Source: Anaerolineae bacterium (GTDB lineage Bacteria; Chloroflexota; Anaerolineae; B4-G1; SLSP01). Taken from it: a DNA stretch of 64,000 nucleotides. Under the pieces are notes generated by a model. That model did no database searches. It was not told the DNA's origin and saw nothing but the letters and a program-made list of their open reading frames with translations. The DNA lies in contig JAXGPC010000005.1 of assembly GCA_040767155.1 (NCBI GenBank), positions 63,492 through 127,491 of the forward strand, in the 5' to 3' direction. Within the stretch, counting starts at the first letter, position 1, and every line of letters starts with the position of its first letter. Made by a program: the position numbers and the translations under genes. Positions 1 through 9,319 of this stretch are shown here, piece after piece.

Positions 1-710
1 TATTGCAGCCTGAGCCAGGCTTGCCCCCCGGTCAGCTCGCGGTGCAGCCGGTCGACATGCACAGTGAGCTCGCGAATCACGCGCCTGCGGTAGAGCGAGA
101 CGGTGACACCGGTGCGGACGAGGCGCTCTTCCAGGGGCACCAGTTGCATCGGATCGCCTCCCCGTCGCCGCAGATGGCGCAGGAGTGCATTGCGTCGTGA
201 GACTGCCTGGCGGTAGGCTGCGTACACTTCGACATAGGTCGGGTAGACCTGTGAGAGCAGATTGTCGAGATAGTGACGACGCCCGACGGGGGGGCCGTGG
301 ACCAGGTCCAGATCCTCGGGCAGGAACAGCACGACGTTCAGATGGCCTGCGAGATTGGACCGGCGCACCGGTCGCTGGTCGATGCGCACGCTCTTCTGCA
401 TGCGCTGGTGGCCATTGGATGTCGGTTTTCGCTCGATGGCGATTTCGAGCGTCTCCGTCCGATCACGGCGTACCACCTCAGCGCTTACGTGCGAGAAAAG
501 CAAGCTTGCCTCCTCGGCGCCCCAATGGATGACCTGTTGGTCGACGTTGGTCAACGGTGAGGAGCCAATGGTCAGGAAGGCAATCGCTTCCAGAAGGCTG
601 GTCTTGCCCTGTGCGTTGGCTCCCAGGAGCAAGATGGGGCCTGCGGGGAGATCCAGCTCCAGCCGGTTATAGGTGCGGAATTGGCGCAGGCTCAGGCTTC
701 GGATTCGCAT
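1..710 (-). CDS. recF: DNA replication/repair protein RecF, N-terminal part; the gene continues past the window start
   Basis: Reverse-strand translation from ATG at 708-710 gives MRIRSLSLRQFRTYNRLELDLPAGPILLLGANAQGKTSLLEAI (Walker A plus SLLEA, typical RecF N-terminus). Later RRHYLDNLL and RNALLR motifs align with E. coli RecF. There is no in-window stop, so it is absent from the ORF track. Confidence 0.8.
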   Translation of the reverse strand, partial: MRIRSLSLRQFRTYNRLELDLPAGPILLLGANAQGKTSLLEAIAFLTIGSSPLTNVDQQVIHWGAEEASLLFSHVSAEVVRRDRTETLEIAIERKPTSNGHQRMQKSVRIDQRPVRRSNLAGHLNVVLFLPEDLDLVHGPPVGRRHYLDNLLSQVYPTYVEVYAAYRQAVSRRNALLRHLRRRGGDPMQLVPLEERLVRTGVTVSLYRRRVIRELTVHVDRLHRELTGGQAWLRLQ

Positions 711-816
711 CGGAAGCGTATTCTAGCATGGGCGCATGCAAGCTCAAGCGTAGTGACCACGCCTGATCTCCGCTTACTCTGGACCCTGGACTCCAGATCC
801 CGGACATTGGTGCGCC

Positions 817-1305
817 ATGATAGATACGAAGCCCTTCGGTATGCGTGAGCTGATTGCGCGTGTACGGGCGCTCTCGCGACGTGTGGAGCGCGTTGAGGCA
901 ATGGTCGAGGCTGATCGTGCACGGGCAGAAGCCCAACTGGTGTTTGGCGCGTTGACCCTTGAGCCCGAAGGATACCGGGCGAGCTTGAACGGACATGAGC
1001 TGGATCTGACGCGCACCGAGTTCCAACTCCTGCACCTGTTGGTGCGCAACCCTGGACGTGCCTTCAGCCGCGACTATCTGCTCGATGCTGTCTGGGGTGA
1101 GGCGTATGTCGTGGGGGATCGGTCTGTCGACAATGCAGTCCTTCGCCTGCGCCGGAAACTTGGCAGCCTTGACGATGCGATCGAGACGGTCTGGGGTGTG
1201 GGATACCGGCTGAGTACACGCCCTGTTGGCAAGCACCCGGAGGGAGCATGCCCGGATGGTGGGGGGCCAGGGATGAGTCCACACCGCCTGGACCGCTTGG
1301 CCTGA
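817..1305 (+). CDS. OmpR/PhoB-type winged-helix DNA-binding domain protein lacking a receiver domain; probable 5'-truncated response regulator remnant
   Basis: The ORF begins IDTKPFGMRELIARVRALSRR, which is the end of a receiver domain and linker. It continues with a trans_reg_C-like wHTH (LTRTEFQLLHLLVRNPGRAFSRDYLLDAVWG...VDNAVLRLRRKL...GYRL). Only about 100 nt separate it from the recF start, so there is no room for a receiver domain. Confidence 0.55.
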   Translation: MIDTKPFGMRELIARVRALSRRVERVEAMVEADRARAEAQLVFGALTLEPEGYRASLNGHELDLTRTEFQLLHLLVRNPGRAFSRDYLLDAVWGEAYVVGDRSVDNAVLRLRRKLGSLDDAIETVWGVGYRLSTRPVGKHPEGACPDGGGPGMSPHRLDRLA

Positions 1306-1594
1306 GCTGAGGTATGGAGGCTAGGGTGAAACGGTCCTCCTTCTTCCTTGGTGCGACGATCGTCAGGGCATTGGCAGAGACATGGTCGCTTGGTCTTTGT
1401 GCGCTCTCCGGCCTGGAGCTGACCTCGGCAGCCACTGACACGCAGGCGCCCCTCGGCACCGTTGCTCTCGTCGTCTTGCTGGCCGCTCTGTGGAACGCCG
1501 TACGCTTGCGAGTTCCTGACAGGGAAAGCCCGGTTCGCCAACTTCGGTATGAAGCGCATGCCGCGCTGCTCCTCAGCCCGGTAGGTGCAGGCCT

Positions 1595-2464
1595 GTGGCT
1601 TGCGGTTCTCTGGGCATTGGGAAGCATGGTTGGGCCTGGCCGTGCACAGTTGAGCTCGACGGGTCCTGCCCTCCTCATTTTGTCAGCGTCGTTCTTCTTC
1701 CTTATCTTGCTGTGGATGCGGTCAAGCTGCGTGTTCGGCGCGGGAGTGTCTATGATTTTGTCGGCCCGAATGGTGCGGGCAAGACGACAACGATCCGCAT
1801 GATGCTCGGGTCGATTCGCTCGCATGCAGGGGCGATCGAATTGCTGGGCATGCCGTTGCGAGAGCACAGGCGCGATTGTCTGCGCAACGTCGGAGCGCTC
1901 GTGGAGGCGCCTTCTCTCTACTCACACCTGACGGGGCGCGAGAATCTTGAGCTGACGCGTCGACTAACTGGGGCAACCAGAGCTACGGTCGATCGCGCGA
2001 TTGAGGTCGTCAAACTGACAGACTCAGCGGATCGCAAGGTACGGACCTATTCGCTGGGCATGAAGCAGCGTCTGGGTTTGGCCCTCGCGTTGCTTGGTGA
2101 TCCGGATCTTCTGATCCTGGATGAGCCCACGAATGGTCTGGATCCTGCCGGGATCCGGGAGATTCGACAGTTGATACGTGATCTGCCAGGGGCCCACGGG
2201 GTCACCGTCTTCCTGTCGAGCCACCTCCTGGCGGAGGTTGAGCAGGTAGCTACGCACATTGGTATCTTGCACCAGGGCTGCCTGCGGTACCAGGGCACTC
2301 TGGAAGCACTCCATGCTGAGGTCGACAACCGTGTCATGCTGGGGGTCGCCCAGCCCGAGAATGCCGAGCACGTTCTGCCAGTTGACGGCAACTGGGGTCA
2401 ACGTTTACGAGCTCAACGTCGTTCAACCAACGCTGGAAGACATCTTCCTGCAAGTGACCGGTGA
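1595..2464 (+). CDS. ABC transporter ATP-binding protein (ABC-2/bacitracin-lantibiotic export type); exact start uncertain
   Basis: Walker A GPNGAGKTT, Q-loop, signature YSLGMKQRLGLALAL, Walker B LLILDEPTNGLD and H-loop SSHLL. The N-terminal 15-20 residues are atypical, and an overlapping ORF in another frame (1314-1802) suggests a possible alternative start or frameshift. Confidence 0.8.
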   Translation: MACGSLGIGKHGWAWPCTVELDGSCPPHFVSVVLLPYLAVDAVKLRVRRGSVYDFVGPNGAGKTTTIRMMLGSIRSHAGAIELLGMPLREHRRDCLRNVGALVEAPSLYSHLTGRENLELTRRLTGATRATVDRAIEVVKLTDSADRKVRTYSLGMKQRLGLALALLGDPDLLILDEPTNGLDPAGIREIRQLIRDLPGAHGVTVFLSSHLLAEVEQVATHIGILHQGCLRYQGTLEALHAEVDNRVMLGVAQPENAEHVLPVDGNWGQRLRAQRRSTNAGRHLPASDR

Positions 2465-2482
2465 GGAAGCGGGACTGCTGCA

Positions 2483-2716
2483 ATGAACGCCATGGTCTGC
2501 GAGATCCCGCATGTGTTGCGCGCGGAACGCCTGAAGATGAAGGGGACGCTTGCTTTCTGGCTGGCTCTGATTGCGCCGACGGTGATCGTCTCCTTGCAGG
2601 TTTTGTCCGCCTATATGAACCGTGACCTTTACTACACTGTCCTGGACCTTCGGGGAAGCGGTTCGTCGAGAACTCGCTCCCCGAAGGCGTCTGGTGTTCC
2701 CCATGGGTTGTGCTGA
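2483..2716 (+). pseudogene. ABC-2 family permease N-terminal stub (77 aa), apparently truncated
   Basis: It starts 19 nt after the ABC ATPase stop. MNAMVCEIPHVLRAERLKMKGTLAFWLALIAPTVIVSLQVLSAYM resembles the first TM segment of ABC-2 permeases that pair with this ATPase type. The ORF terminates after 77 aa, whereas full-length permeases are about 240+ aa. Confidence 0.4.
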
Positions 2717-2787
2717 TGCTGAACGGTGCTATGGTACCCTAAATATGCCCTGATCTCTGACGTTCCCCTGGTGTTGCACTGAAGGAG

Positions 2788-5370
2788 GTGGCTTGGATGA
2801 AGCCGAGACCCATTCGCACGTTTTCCGTTATCCCCTCGCTGCCCGAGGCATTGATGCCTCTGTGGCGGCTGGCACACAACCTGCGCTGGGCCTGGAAGCA
2901 TGATGCCATCGAGTTGTTCATTCGCCTGGATAGCGAGTTGTGGGAGCGGACGAACCACAATCCCGTGCGCATGCTGGGAATGATCAGCCAGGAGCGCCTG
3001 GAGAAAGTCGCGTCCGACGTGGGGTTCCTGGCGCACCTGGAGCGTGCGACGGCGTACCTGGATGAATATATGAAACAGACCGGGACCGCCTGGTTTGACC
3101 GCACGTACGGTCAGCAGGAGGCGCCGATCATTGCCTACTTCTCGTTGGAGTTTGGACTCACGGAATCACTGACTATCTTCGCTGGTGGCCTGGGGGTGCT
3201 TGCGGGCGACCATCTCAAGTCCTCGAGCGATCTCAATGTCCCGTTGGTCGGCGTGGGATTGCTCTATCAACAAGGGTACTTTCGGCAGTATCTTAACCAG
3301 GCCGGTTGGCAACAGGAGGCGTACGAGGACAATCACTTCGACAATCTCCCGTTGACGCTGGAACGTGGTCCGGATGGCGAACCGCTAGTGGTCGATGTGC
3401 AATTCCCCGGGCGTAAAGTCTTTGCCCAGATATGGCGTGTGCAGGTCGGGCGTGTTCCCCTCTATCTCCTGGATACGAATACACCGCAGAATGGCCGCCC
3501 CCAGGACCGCGATATCACCGATCAGCTCTACGGTGGGGATCAGGATCTGCGCGTCAGACAGGAGATACTGCTGGGTATCGGCGGCTATCGGGCACTCAGG
3601 GCCCTGGGCTTGCTCCCTGTGGTCTATCACATGAACGAGGGGCATTCTGCATTCCTGGCGCTCGAGCACATTCGCAAGCTGATGCTTGACCATGGGCTTA
3701 GCTTTGCTGCAGCCCGCGAGGCAGCCGCAGCCAGTTGTGTCTTTACGACGCATACGCCAGTGCCGGCGGGCCACGATAGGTTTCCGCCCCACTTGATGCA
3801 GCACTACTTCCACGACTACGCCACGCGGGAGCTGGCCTTGAGTTGGCATGACTTCATGGCCCTGGGCCGTGAGAACCCTTTCGATACCAATGAACTGTTC
3901 TGCATGACGGTCCTGGCTATCCGACTGTCGTCGGACACCAATGGGGTAAGCGCCCTCCACGGTGAGGTGTCACGGCAGATGTGGCAGGGTCTGTGGCCTG
4001 GAGTGCCCCAACAGGAGATTCCCATCTCCCACGTCACCAACGGTGTTCACATACTCTCCTGGATCTCCCGTGACATGAAGGTGCTCTACGACCGTTACCT
4101 CGGCCCTCGCTGGCGAGAGGAACCCGGCGATCCGGAGGTCTGGAAGCTGGCGATGGATATCCCGGCGGATGAACTCTGGCGTACGCATGAGCGTCGTCGG
4201 GAACGTCTGGTCGGCATAACCAGGCAACGCCTGGAGCGCCAGTTGGAGCAACGCGGTGCGCTGTTGAGCGACCTCAGTATCGCCGAAGAGGTGTTGGACC
4301 CCGAGGCATTGACCATTGGTCTGGCACGGCGCTTCGCAACCTACAAGCGAGCGACGTTGATCATGCACGATCCTGACCGTCTTGACCGCATCCTCAACAA
4401 TCCGGGCCGCCCTGTACAGATTATCTTCTCTGGAAAAGCGCATCCCAAGGATGATCCCGGCAAGGCGATGATCCAGAAGATCATCGATCTGAGCCGGCAG
4501 GAGCGCTTCCGCAATCGAATCGTCTTCCTGGAGGACTACGACATGATTGTGGCCCGCTATCTGGTTCAGGGCTGCGATGTCTGGCTTAATACGCCCAGCC
4601 GGCCCAGGGAGGCCAGCGGGACCAGCGGTATGAAGGCTGCAGCCAATGGTGTGCTGAACATGAGCACACTGGATGGGTGGTGGGCTGAAGCCTATCACCG
4701 CGAGGTAGGGTGGGCCATTGGTCGGGGCGAGACATACAACGACCCCGATTACCAGGATCGTATCGAGGCAGAGGCACTGTATGACCTATTGGAGCGCGAT
4801 GTGGTTCCCACGTTCTACGACCGGGGGGGGCGTGTCCCACGGCGTTGGGTCGAGTTGATGAAGGCCAGCATCGCTGATCTTTCGTACTTCTTCAATACCA
4901 ACCGGATGGTAGCAGAGTACACTGACCGATTCTACGTCCCCCTGGCCTTGCGCTATCACCAGCTTGCCGCGGACGATTTCGCCAGGGCCAAGGATCTTGC
5001 TGCCTGGCGTGAGCGGCTGCTTCGCGATTGGGCACAGATTCGCGTTGACTCGGTCAATGGCGAGCTACCAGCACAGATCCCGGTAGGCCAGACGTTCACG
5101 ACTCATGCTGAGGTATACCTCGGTGTCATCCGGCCCGAAGACGTTCGTGTCGAGGTCTACCTTGGACTCGTGAATCCCAACGGCGAGTTGGTCCCGGGGA
5201 GGCCGGTCGCAATGCGGGTCAGCAAGGAACTCGGTGGGCAGCGCTATCTCTACGAGGCGGACGCCCAGTGTTCAATGAGCGGCCTCCATGGATATACTGT
5301 GCGCGTATTGCCCTACCATGAGGATCTGGTGACACCCATCCAACATGGCTTGATCCGCTGGGCTGGCTAG
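2788..5370 (+). CDS. glgP: alpha-glucan (glycogen/maltodextrin) phosphorylase, GT35, GlgP family
   Basis: 860 aa. GLGVLAGDHLKSSSDLNVPLVGVGLLYQQGYFRQ is the GT35 glucan-phosphorylase N-terminal signature. TTHTPVPAGHDRF and a C-terminal PLP-binding region (NTPSRPREASGTSGMKAAANG) support the call. Confidence 0.9.
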   Translation: MAWMKPRPIRTFSVIPSLPEALMPLWRLAHNLRWAWKHDAIELFIRLDSELWERTNHNPVRMLGMISQERLEKVASDVGFLAHLERATAYLDEYMKQTGTAWFDRTYGQQEAPIIAYFSLEFGLTESLTIFAGGLGVLAGDHLKSSSDLNVPLVGVGLLYQQGYFRQYLNQAGWQQEAYEDNHFDNLPLTLERGPDGEPLVVDVQFPGRKVFAQIWRVQVGRVPLYLLDTNTPQNGRPQDRDITDQLYGGDQDLRVRQEILLGIGGYRALRALGLLPVVYHMNEGHSAFLALEHIRKLMLDHGLSFAAAREAAAASCVFTTHTPVPAGHDRFPPHLMQHYFHDYATRELALSWHDFMALGRENPFDTNELFCMTVLAIRLSSDTNGVSALHGEVSRQMWQGLWPGVPQQEIPISHVTNGVHILSWISRDMKVLYDRYLGPRWREEPGDPEVWKLAMDIPADELWRTHERRRERLVGITRQRLERQLEQRGALLSDLSIAEEVLDPEALTIGLARRFATYKRATLIMHDPDRLDRILNNPGRPVQIIFSGKAHPKDDPGKAMIQKIIDLSRQERFRNRIVFLEDYDMIVARYLVQGCDVWLNTPSRPREASGTSGMKAAANGVLNMSTLDGWWAEAYHREVGWAIGRGETYNDPDYQDRIEAEALYDLLERDVVPTFYDRGGRVPRRWVELMKASIADLSYFFNTNRMVAEYTDRFYVPLALRYHQLAADDFARAKDLAAWRERLLRDWAQIRVDSVNGELPAQIPVGQTFTTHAEVYLGVIRPEDVRVEVYLGLVNPNGELVPGRPVAMRVSKELGGQRYLYEADAQCSMSGLHGYTVRVLPYHEDLVTPIQHGLIRWAG

Positions 5371-5401
5371 GGATTGGCCTGCTGGACAGAGCTAGCAACG
5401 G

Positions 5402-6277
5402 TCAGGGTGCCAGTGACACCTCAAGGATACGGTCCTTGCCGGCCAGATCACGATGGATCCGGGAGTGCGTCCCCCGGCGGGCATACCGCTCGAAGGCCGT
5501 CGTGGCCATGGTGATCACGGCGTCGCCCTGATTCGCGCCAATCTCTATCAAGAGCATGCCGCCGGAAGCCAGACGGGTGGCTGCCTGGTCGAGAAGCCTG
5601 AGGATGGCATCCAGCCCGTGCGGGCCAGAGACGAGCGCGTGCCGCGGTTCCTGTTGGACTGAACGGGGGAGAACATGCCATTCGCTCTCGGTGACGTAGG
5701 GTGGGTTGCTGATGATCAGGTCGAAGTGGTTGACCAGGGGGGTCAAGAGGTCAGCCTGTATCCAGGCAATCCGTTTAGCGACGTTGTGCCGCTCTGCGTT
5801 GTCACGAGCCACGTCCAGCGCCGGGGCCGAGATGTCCGTGGCCCAGATGCGTGATCTCGGAGCTTCCATAGCCAGCGTGACTGCGATGCAACCTGATCCT
5901 GTGCCAACATCGACCACGCGGCTACGAGGTTGGTGCTCAATGCGGTTCAGGGCCAGCTCAACCAGAAGTTCCGTCTCGGGCCTGGGGATTAGGACGGCGG
6001 GAGTGACGCAAAACTCGGACCCGAAAAACTCCATATGACCGAGGATGTAGGGCAGCGGCACATTCGCGGCTCGCCGCTCTATAGCGCCCCTGAACTGCTC
6101 GCCCTGTTCGGGTGTAAGCAGCCATTCGGGATGGGCCAGAACCGTGGTCCTGTCGACGTGCAAGACCCAGGCGAGCAGTCGCTCGGCTTCGGTGTGAGGG
6201 CGGTCGGTAACCTGCGCCAGCTGTGCGAAGGCCCATTGCAGTGCCTCGCGTGCTGCTGACAGGGCAGATGACGTCAC
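5402..6277 (-). CDS. prmC: release factor glutamine N5-methyltransferase PrmC (HemK)
   Basis: SAM-binding VVDVGTGSGCIAV and the catalytic NPPY motif (LIISNPPYV). Length 291 aa. Confidence 0.85.
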   Translation of the reverse strand: MTSSALSAAREALQWAFAQLAQVTDRPHTEAERLLAWVLHVDRTTVLAHPEWLLTPEQGEQFRGAIERRAANVPLPYILGHMEFFGSEFCVTPAVLIPRPETELLVELALNRIEHQPRSRVVDVGTGSGCIAVTLAMEAPRSRIWATDISAPALDVARDNAERHNVAKRIAWIQADLLTPLVNHFDLIISNPPYVTESEWHVLPRSVQQEPRHALVSGPHGLDAILRLLDQAATRLASGGMLLIEIGANQGDAVITMATTAFERYARRGTHSRIHRDLAGKDRILEVSLAP

Positions 6278-6307
6278 GTCTGGGTTTGACTCCCGCTGGC
6301 CTGATGC

Positions 6308-6979
6308 CTACTCGTGGCGGAAGCGATCCTCGAGCTTTTCCAGTAGTTCGGCGGCCTCGACCAGCTTGTCGAGTGGGTTCTGCTTTCCCGTGAAGTACCG
6401 GTAGTCACACGGCATGATGTCCAGCCGCGTGACCAGGGTCTCATGATGCTTCCGGATCGTCTCCGCCGATGTCTCGTAGGTGTTGGCAAGCTCTTCCAGC
6501 ACCACGTCGTGGAGGTTCACCTTGCGCACCGTATAGTCCACCGCGGCTGCCCATGCCTCGGGCTTGGGGATAGCGAGTGGCTCCTCCCCCAGGCTAATGC
6601 GGAACTCCATCCACATCTGGATGGCCGCACCGATGAGGTCAATCGGCAGATGGGTAGCGGTCATGCGTTCGGTGATGACGTTCTCGACCGGGTCCATTCC
6701 GCTGGCGAAGAGCTGTTCGATACGACTGGCAACCTTTGACTCAGGCTCCAGTCTGAGGTAGTTGGCCAGTGCCCGAAGTGCACGGTCGAAGTCACCGGCA
6801 CGCGAGAGAACCTGCGCCAGGCGCATGTGATAGGTCGCGTTGTCAGGGTGCAGCGCTACGACTGCTTCCAGTCCCTTGACTGCATCCTCAACATCCCAGC
6901 GTTCATACGCCGCAAGGGCCTTGTCATAGATCGTCTGAGCTTTGCGCCGCTTGACCGCCGCTGACTGATCTGGACTCAT
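6308..6979 (-). CDS. TPR-repeat protein, function unknown
   Basis: TPR-like helical repeats (AYERWDVEDAVKGLEAVVALHPDNATYHMRLAQVLSRAGDFDRALRALANYLRLEP). Preferred start is ATG at 6979, preceded by a GGAGG RBS; the longer ORF to 7018 lacks an RBS. It lies directly upstream of prmC on the same strand. Confidence 0.6.
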   Translation of the reverse strand: MSPDQSAAVKRRKAQTIYDKALAAYERWDVEDAVKGLEAVVALHPDNATYHMRLAQVLSRAGDFDRALRALANYLRLEPESKVASRIEQLFASGMDPVENVITERMTATHLPIDLIGAAIQMWMEFRISLGEEPLAIPKPEAWAAAVDYTVRKVNLHDVVLEELANTYETSAETIRKHHETLVTRLDIMPCDYRYFTGKQNPLDKLVEAAELLEKLEDRFRHE

Positions 6980-7085
6980 TGCGACCTCCATGGATGGTGA
7001 CACCGTGTGCATTCTCATTATAGCATCGGAGGCTTGCTTGCCAACAGAGTGTCAGATTTCGGTATGCGCTTGCTGCCCGGATGGA

Positions 7086-9317
7086 TCACCACCAACGTTC
7101 GGAAACGACATCCACTCCCCACGAGGCCAGTAGGGCTCTCACCTCGTCCCAGTGGGCCTCGTTGACAATTGCAAGATTCTCCGTGCCGGGTAAGGGGCGT
7201 AACCAACGGTGTAGGAGAGGTTCGGCGGCGCGCAATTCGCCAAGCGACTCACTGCGTTTGAGCCGGAGCAGGCGCACCTGGGCTGTTTGACCTGTGCCAA
7301 AGTGTTTGCCCCAGGCTACGATGTGCTTCTCCACGTCCGCAGGCAGCGCAGACCCGGTCAGCGTTTTCAGGGTAGCAACGATCTCAGATGGCGTATAACC
7401 CGATGTGGATGCCTTCTCGATGGACTCGGGCGTGAGGAGCCACCGTCTACCATTGGGTTCTGCAAAGCGCATCAGCGCCCCGGTAACGTAGAGACTGGGT
7501 GACGCTGTACGGGGTTCCAGTTCGACGCCTTGCCACCGCATGCTGTTGGGTAGATCAGCCTGCGCCCCCTGGGACGCCGCCGGCAACAGCTCGAGGTCCA
7601 GCAGGCACTGCTGGACCCGGTTGAGCTCGTTCGGAAGGAACCACGCCGTCCGCTCATCGATGGGATGGAGAAGCGATCGGAGTTCAGGGACGTCGAGTAA
7701 TAACAACAGGCGCTCGGGAGTATCGACTTGAAGGATCCTGACACTGCGGCGGATGACGATTCGCTCGTATTGCTGATACCATTCCTCGAGCGATCGCTGG
7801 ATGTTTTGGGGGATGACTTGCCCCGTAGTCTCTTCCAGATATGCCGTGATGCTCTCTACAGTCTCACCACTCTGCAACGCCCTGTACACGGCATCACGTG
7901 TGAGCCGATAGGTGATGACGGTCTTGTCAATCTTCTCCCGGCGCGCAATCTGTTCCAACCCGGCCAGTACCCGCAACGGGACCGGGCCCAAAGCAAGTAC
8001 CTGGAAATCGGGCTGGAGGATCATCTGCCAGGGTTGCTCGAGGATGCTCGGTAACGGCCCTGCCGGAGGTGCAGGGATCATCGCTTCCTGCATCGCGCGA
8101 ATGGCCACAGGGGTTACTGCCTCAGTGCTGGCGTAGCCCAATTCGACCAGCCCCATCGTGCAAAGCTCCTCGAGCGCGCAGCGGGTCAGGTTCAACTCCA
8201 TACCGCTGAGAGTTCGCTCTACCTCAGCGCGGTACGTGTTCTCATAGTAGTGGAGCTGACCGTAGATGACGCTCACGGTCTGCTCTGTGAACATGAGGCT
8301 GCCCGGTAGCTCACCCACCAGCACGTTCATGACGAACTCGAAGGGAATCCAACCGGTGGTCGCCAACTGTTCCAACGTTCCCAGAATTCGCTCGCGTAAC
8401 ACGGAGGGCGGCAAGACTTCGAGTCCCTGGAGGTAACCGGTCAGGCGTATTGCGGCCCGATCCTGACAGAGGGGACAGGTCATTCGAACGTAGGCTCTGC
8501 GCAGATCGTGTGTATGCTGCGTTCGCTTGGCACCCCAGAAGAGGGTGGCGGCGTGGCCCTCCACTGCGCTGATCTCCGTTCCGGATTTCTGCACCAGGTT
8601 CAGCGCGACCAACACTTCATAGAGCCAGGCTACGCTGTCCAGTCCCCCGGGTTCGGCGAAGCCCACAGCCTCAGCCAGCCTTCGTCGCTCACGTTTTCCC
8701 AGTCCCCCGGACTTGAGCGGCTGTGCGGGCTGGTTACGCAACTCGGTCCACACGAACAGAAGCTCGCGTAGGAATGCGCCTAGATCGCGGGAAGCAACCT
8801 GCGCTGGTCTCAGGTCTGCGCGCGCAAAGAGATCGGGTTGCGGTGTGGGCTGACGCAGGAGCGCCAGAGGCAGAGCGCTGCGCACCTCTGCAGGCACGTC
8901 GAAGGTCGTCTGAAGCATCAGCGTTCGGGGGCTGCGATCGAAGCTCGGCGTAGCTACATTCACGATGAGACCTTTGTGCAGCAGATCGAACATCACGTGT
9001 CGTGCCCGCGGCCGGAACGGTTCCTCGGTCTGGTTGTCAGTCGACGCCATTCCTGCCAACATCAAGGGGCGCGCCACTTGGGGTAGCGTGAAGGGCCCCT
9101 CCCTCGTCACCATCACTGCCAACGCAGCCTGCTCAGCATCGGTCAGAGTCTGAACATAGGCGGGCGTGCTGGCATTGCGAGGGATGGTCTCACACAACCT
9201 GGTGATCAGCCAATCCTTGCGCGGCGGCTTGCTGTCCAGTTTAAGTCCCAGGTGCTCGGCGATTTCACGGAGCCCACCGACGGTATAGGTCTGCAATCCG
9301 GCTTCTAGGGGCAGCAT
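7086..9317 (-). CDS. large hypothetical protein (743 aa), third gene of the XPB-helicase operon
   Basis: Long ORF with coding-like composition. Its start (9317) is 2 nt after the stop of the upstream 640-aa ORF, indicating translational coupling. I recognise no catalytic motif. Confidence 0.65.
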   Translation of the reverse strand: MLPLEAGLQTYTVGGLREIAEHLGLKLDSKPPRKDWLITRLCETIPRNASTPAYVQTLTDAEQAALAVMVTREGPFTLPQVARPLMLAGMASTDNQTEEPFRPRARHVMFDLLHKGLIVNVATPSFDRSPRTLMLQTTFDVPAEVRSALPLALLRQPTPQPDLFARADLRPAQVASRDLGAFLRELLFVWTELRNQPAQPLKSGGLGKRERRRLAEAVGFAEPGGLDSVAWLYEVLVALNLVQKSGTEISAVEGHAATLFWGAKRTQHTHDLRRAYVRMTCPLCQDRAAIRLTGYLQGLEVLPPSVLRERILGTLEQLATTGWIPFEFVMNVLVGELPGSLMFTEQTVSVIYGQLHYYENTYRAEVERTLSGMELNLTRCALEELCTMGLVELGYASTEAVTPVAIRAMQEAMIPAPPAGPLPSILEQPWQMILQPDFQVLALGPVPLRVLAGLEQIARREKIDKTVITYRLTRDAVYRALQSGETVESITAYLEETTGQVIPQNIQRSLEEWYQQYERIVIRRSVRILQVDTPERLLLLLDVPELRSLLHPIDERTAWFLPNELNRVQQCLLDLELLPAASQGAQADLPNSMRWQGVELEPRTASPSLYVTGALMRFAEPNGRRWLLTPESIEKASTSGYTPSEIVATLKTLTGSALPADVEKHIVAWGKHFGTGQTAQVRLLRLKRSESLGELRAAEPLLHRWLRPLPGTENLAIVNEAHWDEVRALLASWGVDVVSERWW

Positions 9318-9319
9318 TG

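Noticed and set aside
1314-1802. 162-aa hydrophobic ORF overlapping the N-terminus of the ABC ATPase in another frame
   Set aside because: It overlaps the Walker A region of a well-supported ATPase and has no motif. It may mark a frameshift or remnant (see the decay finding), but it is not called as a gene.
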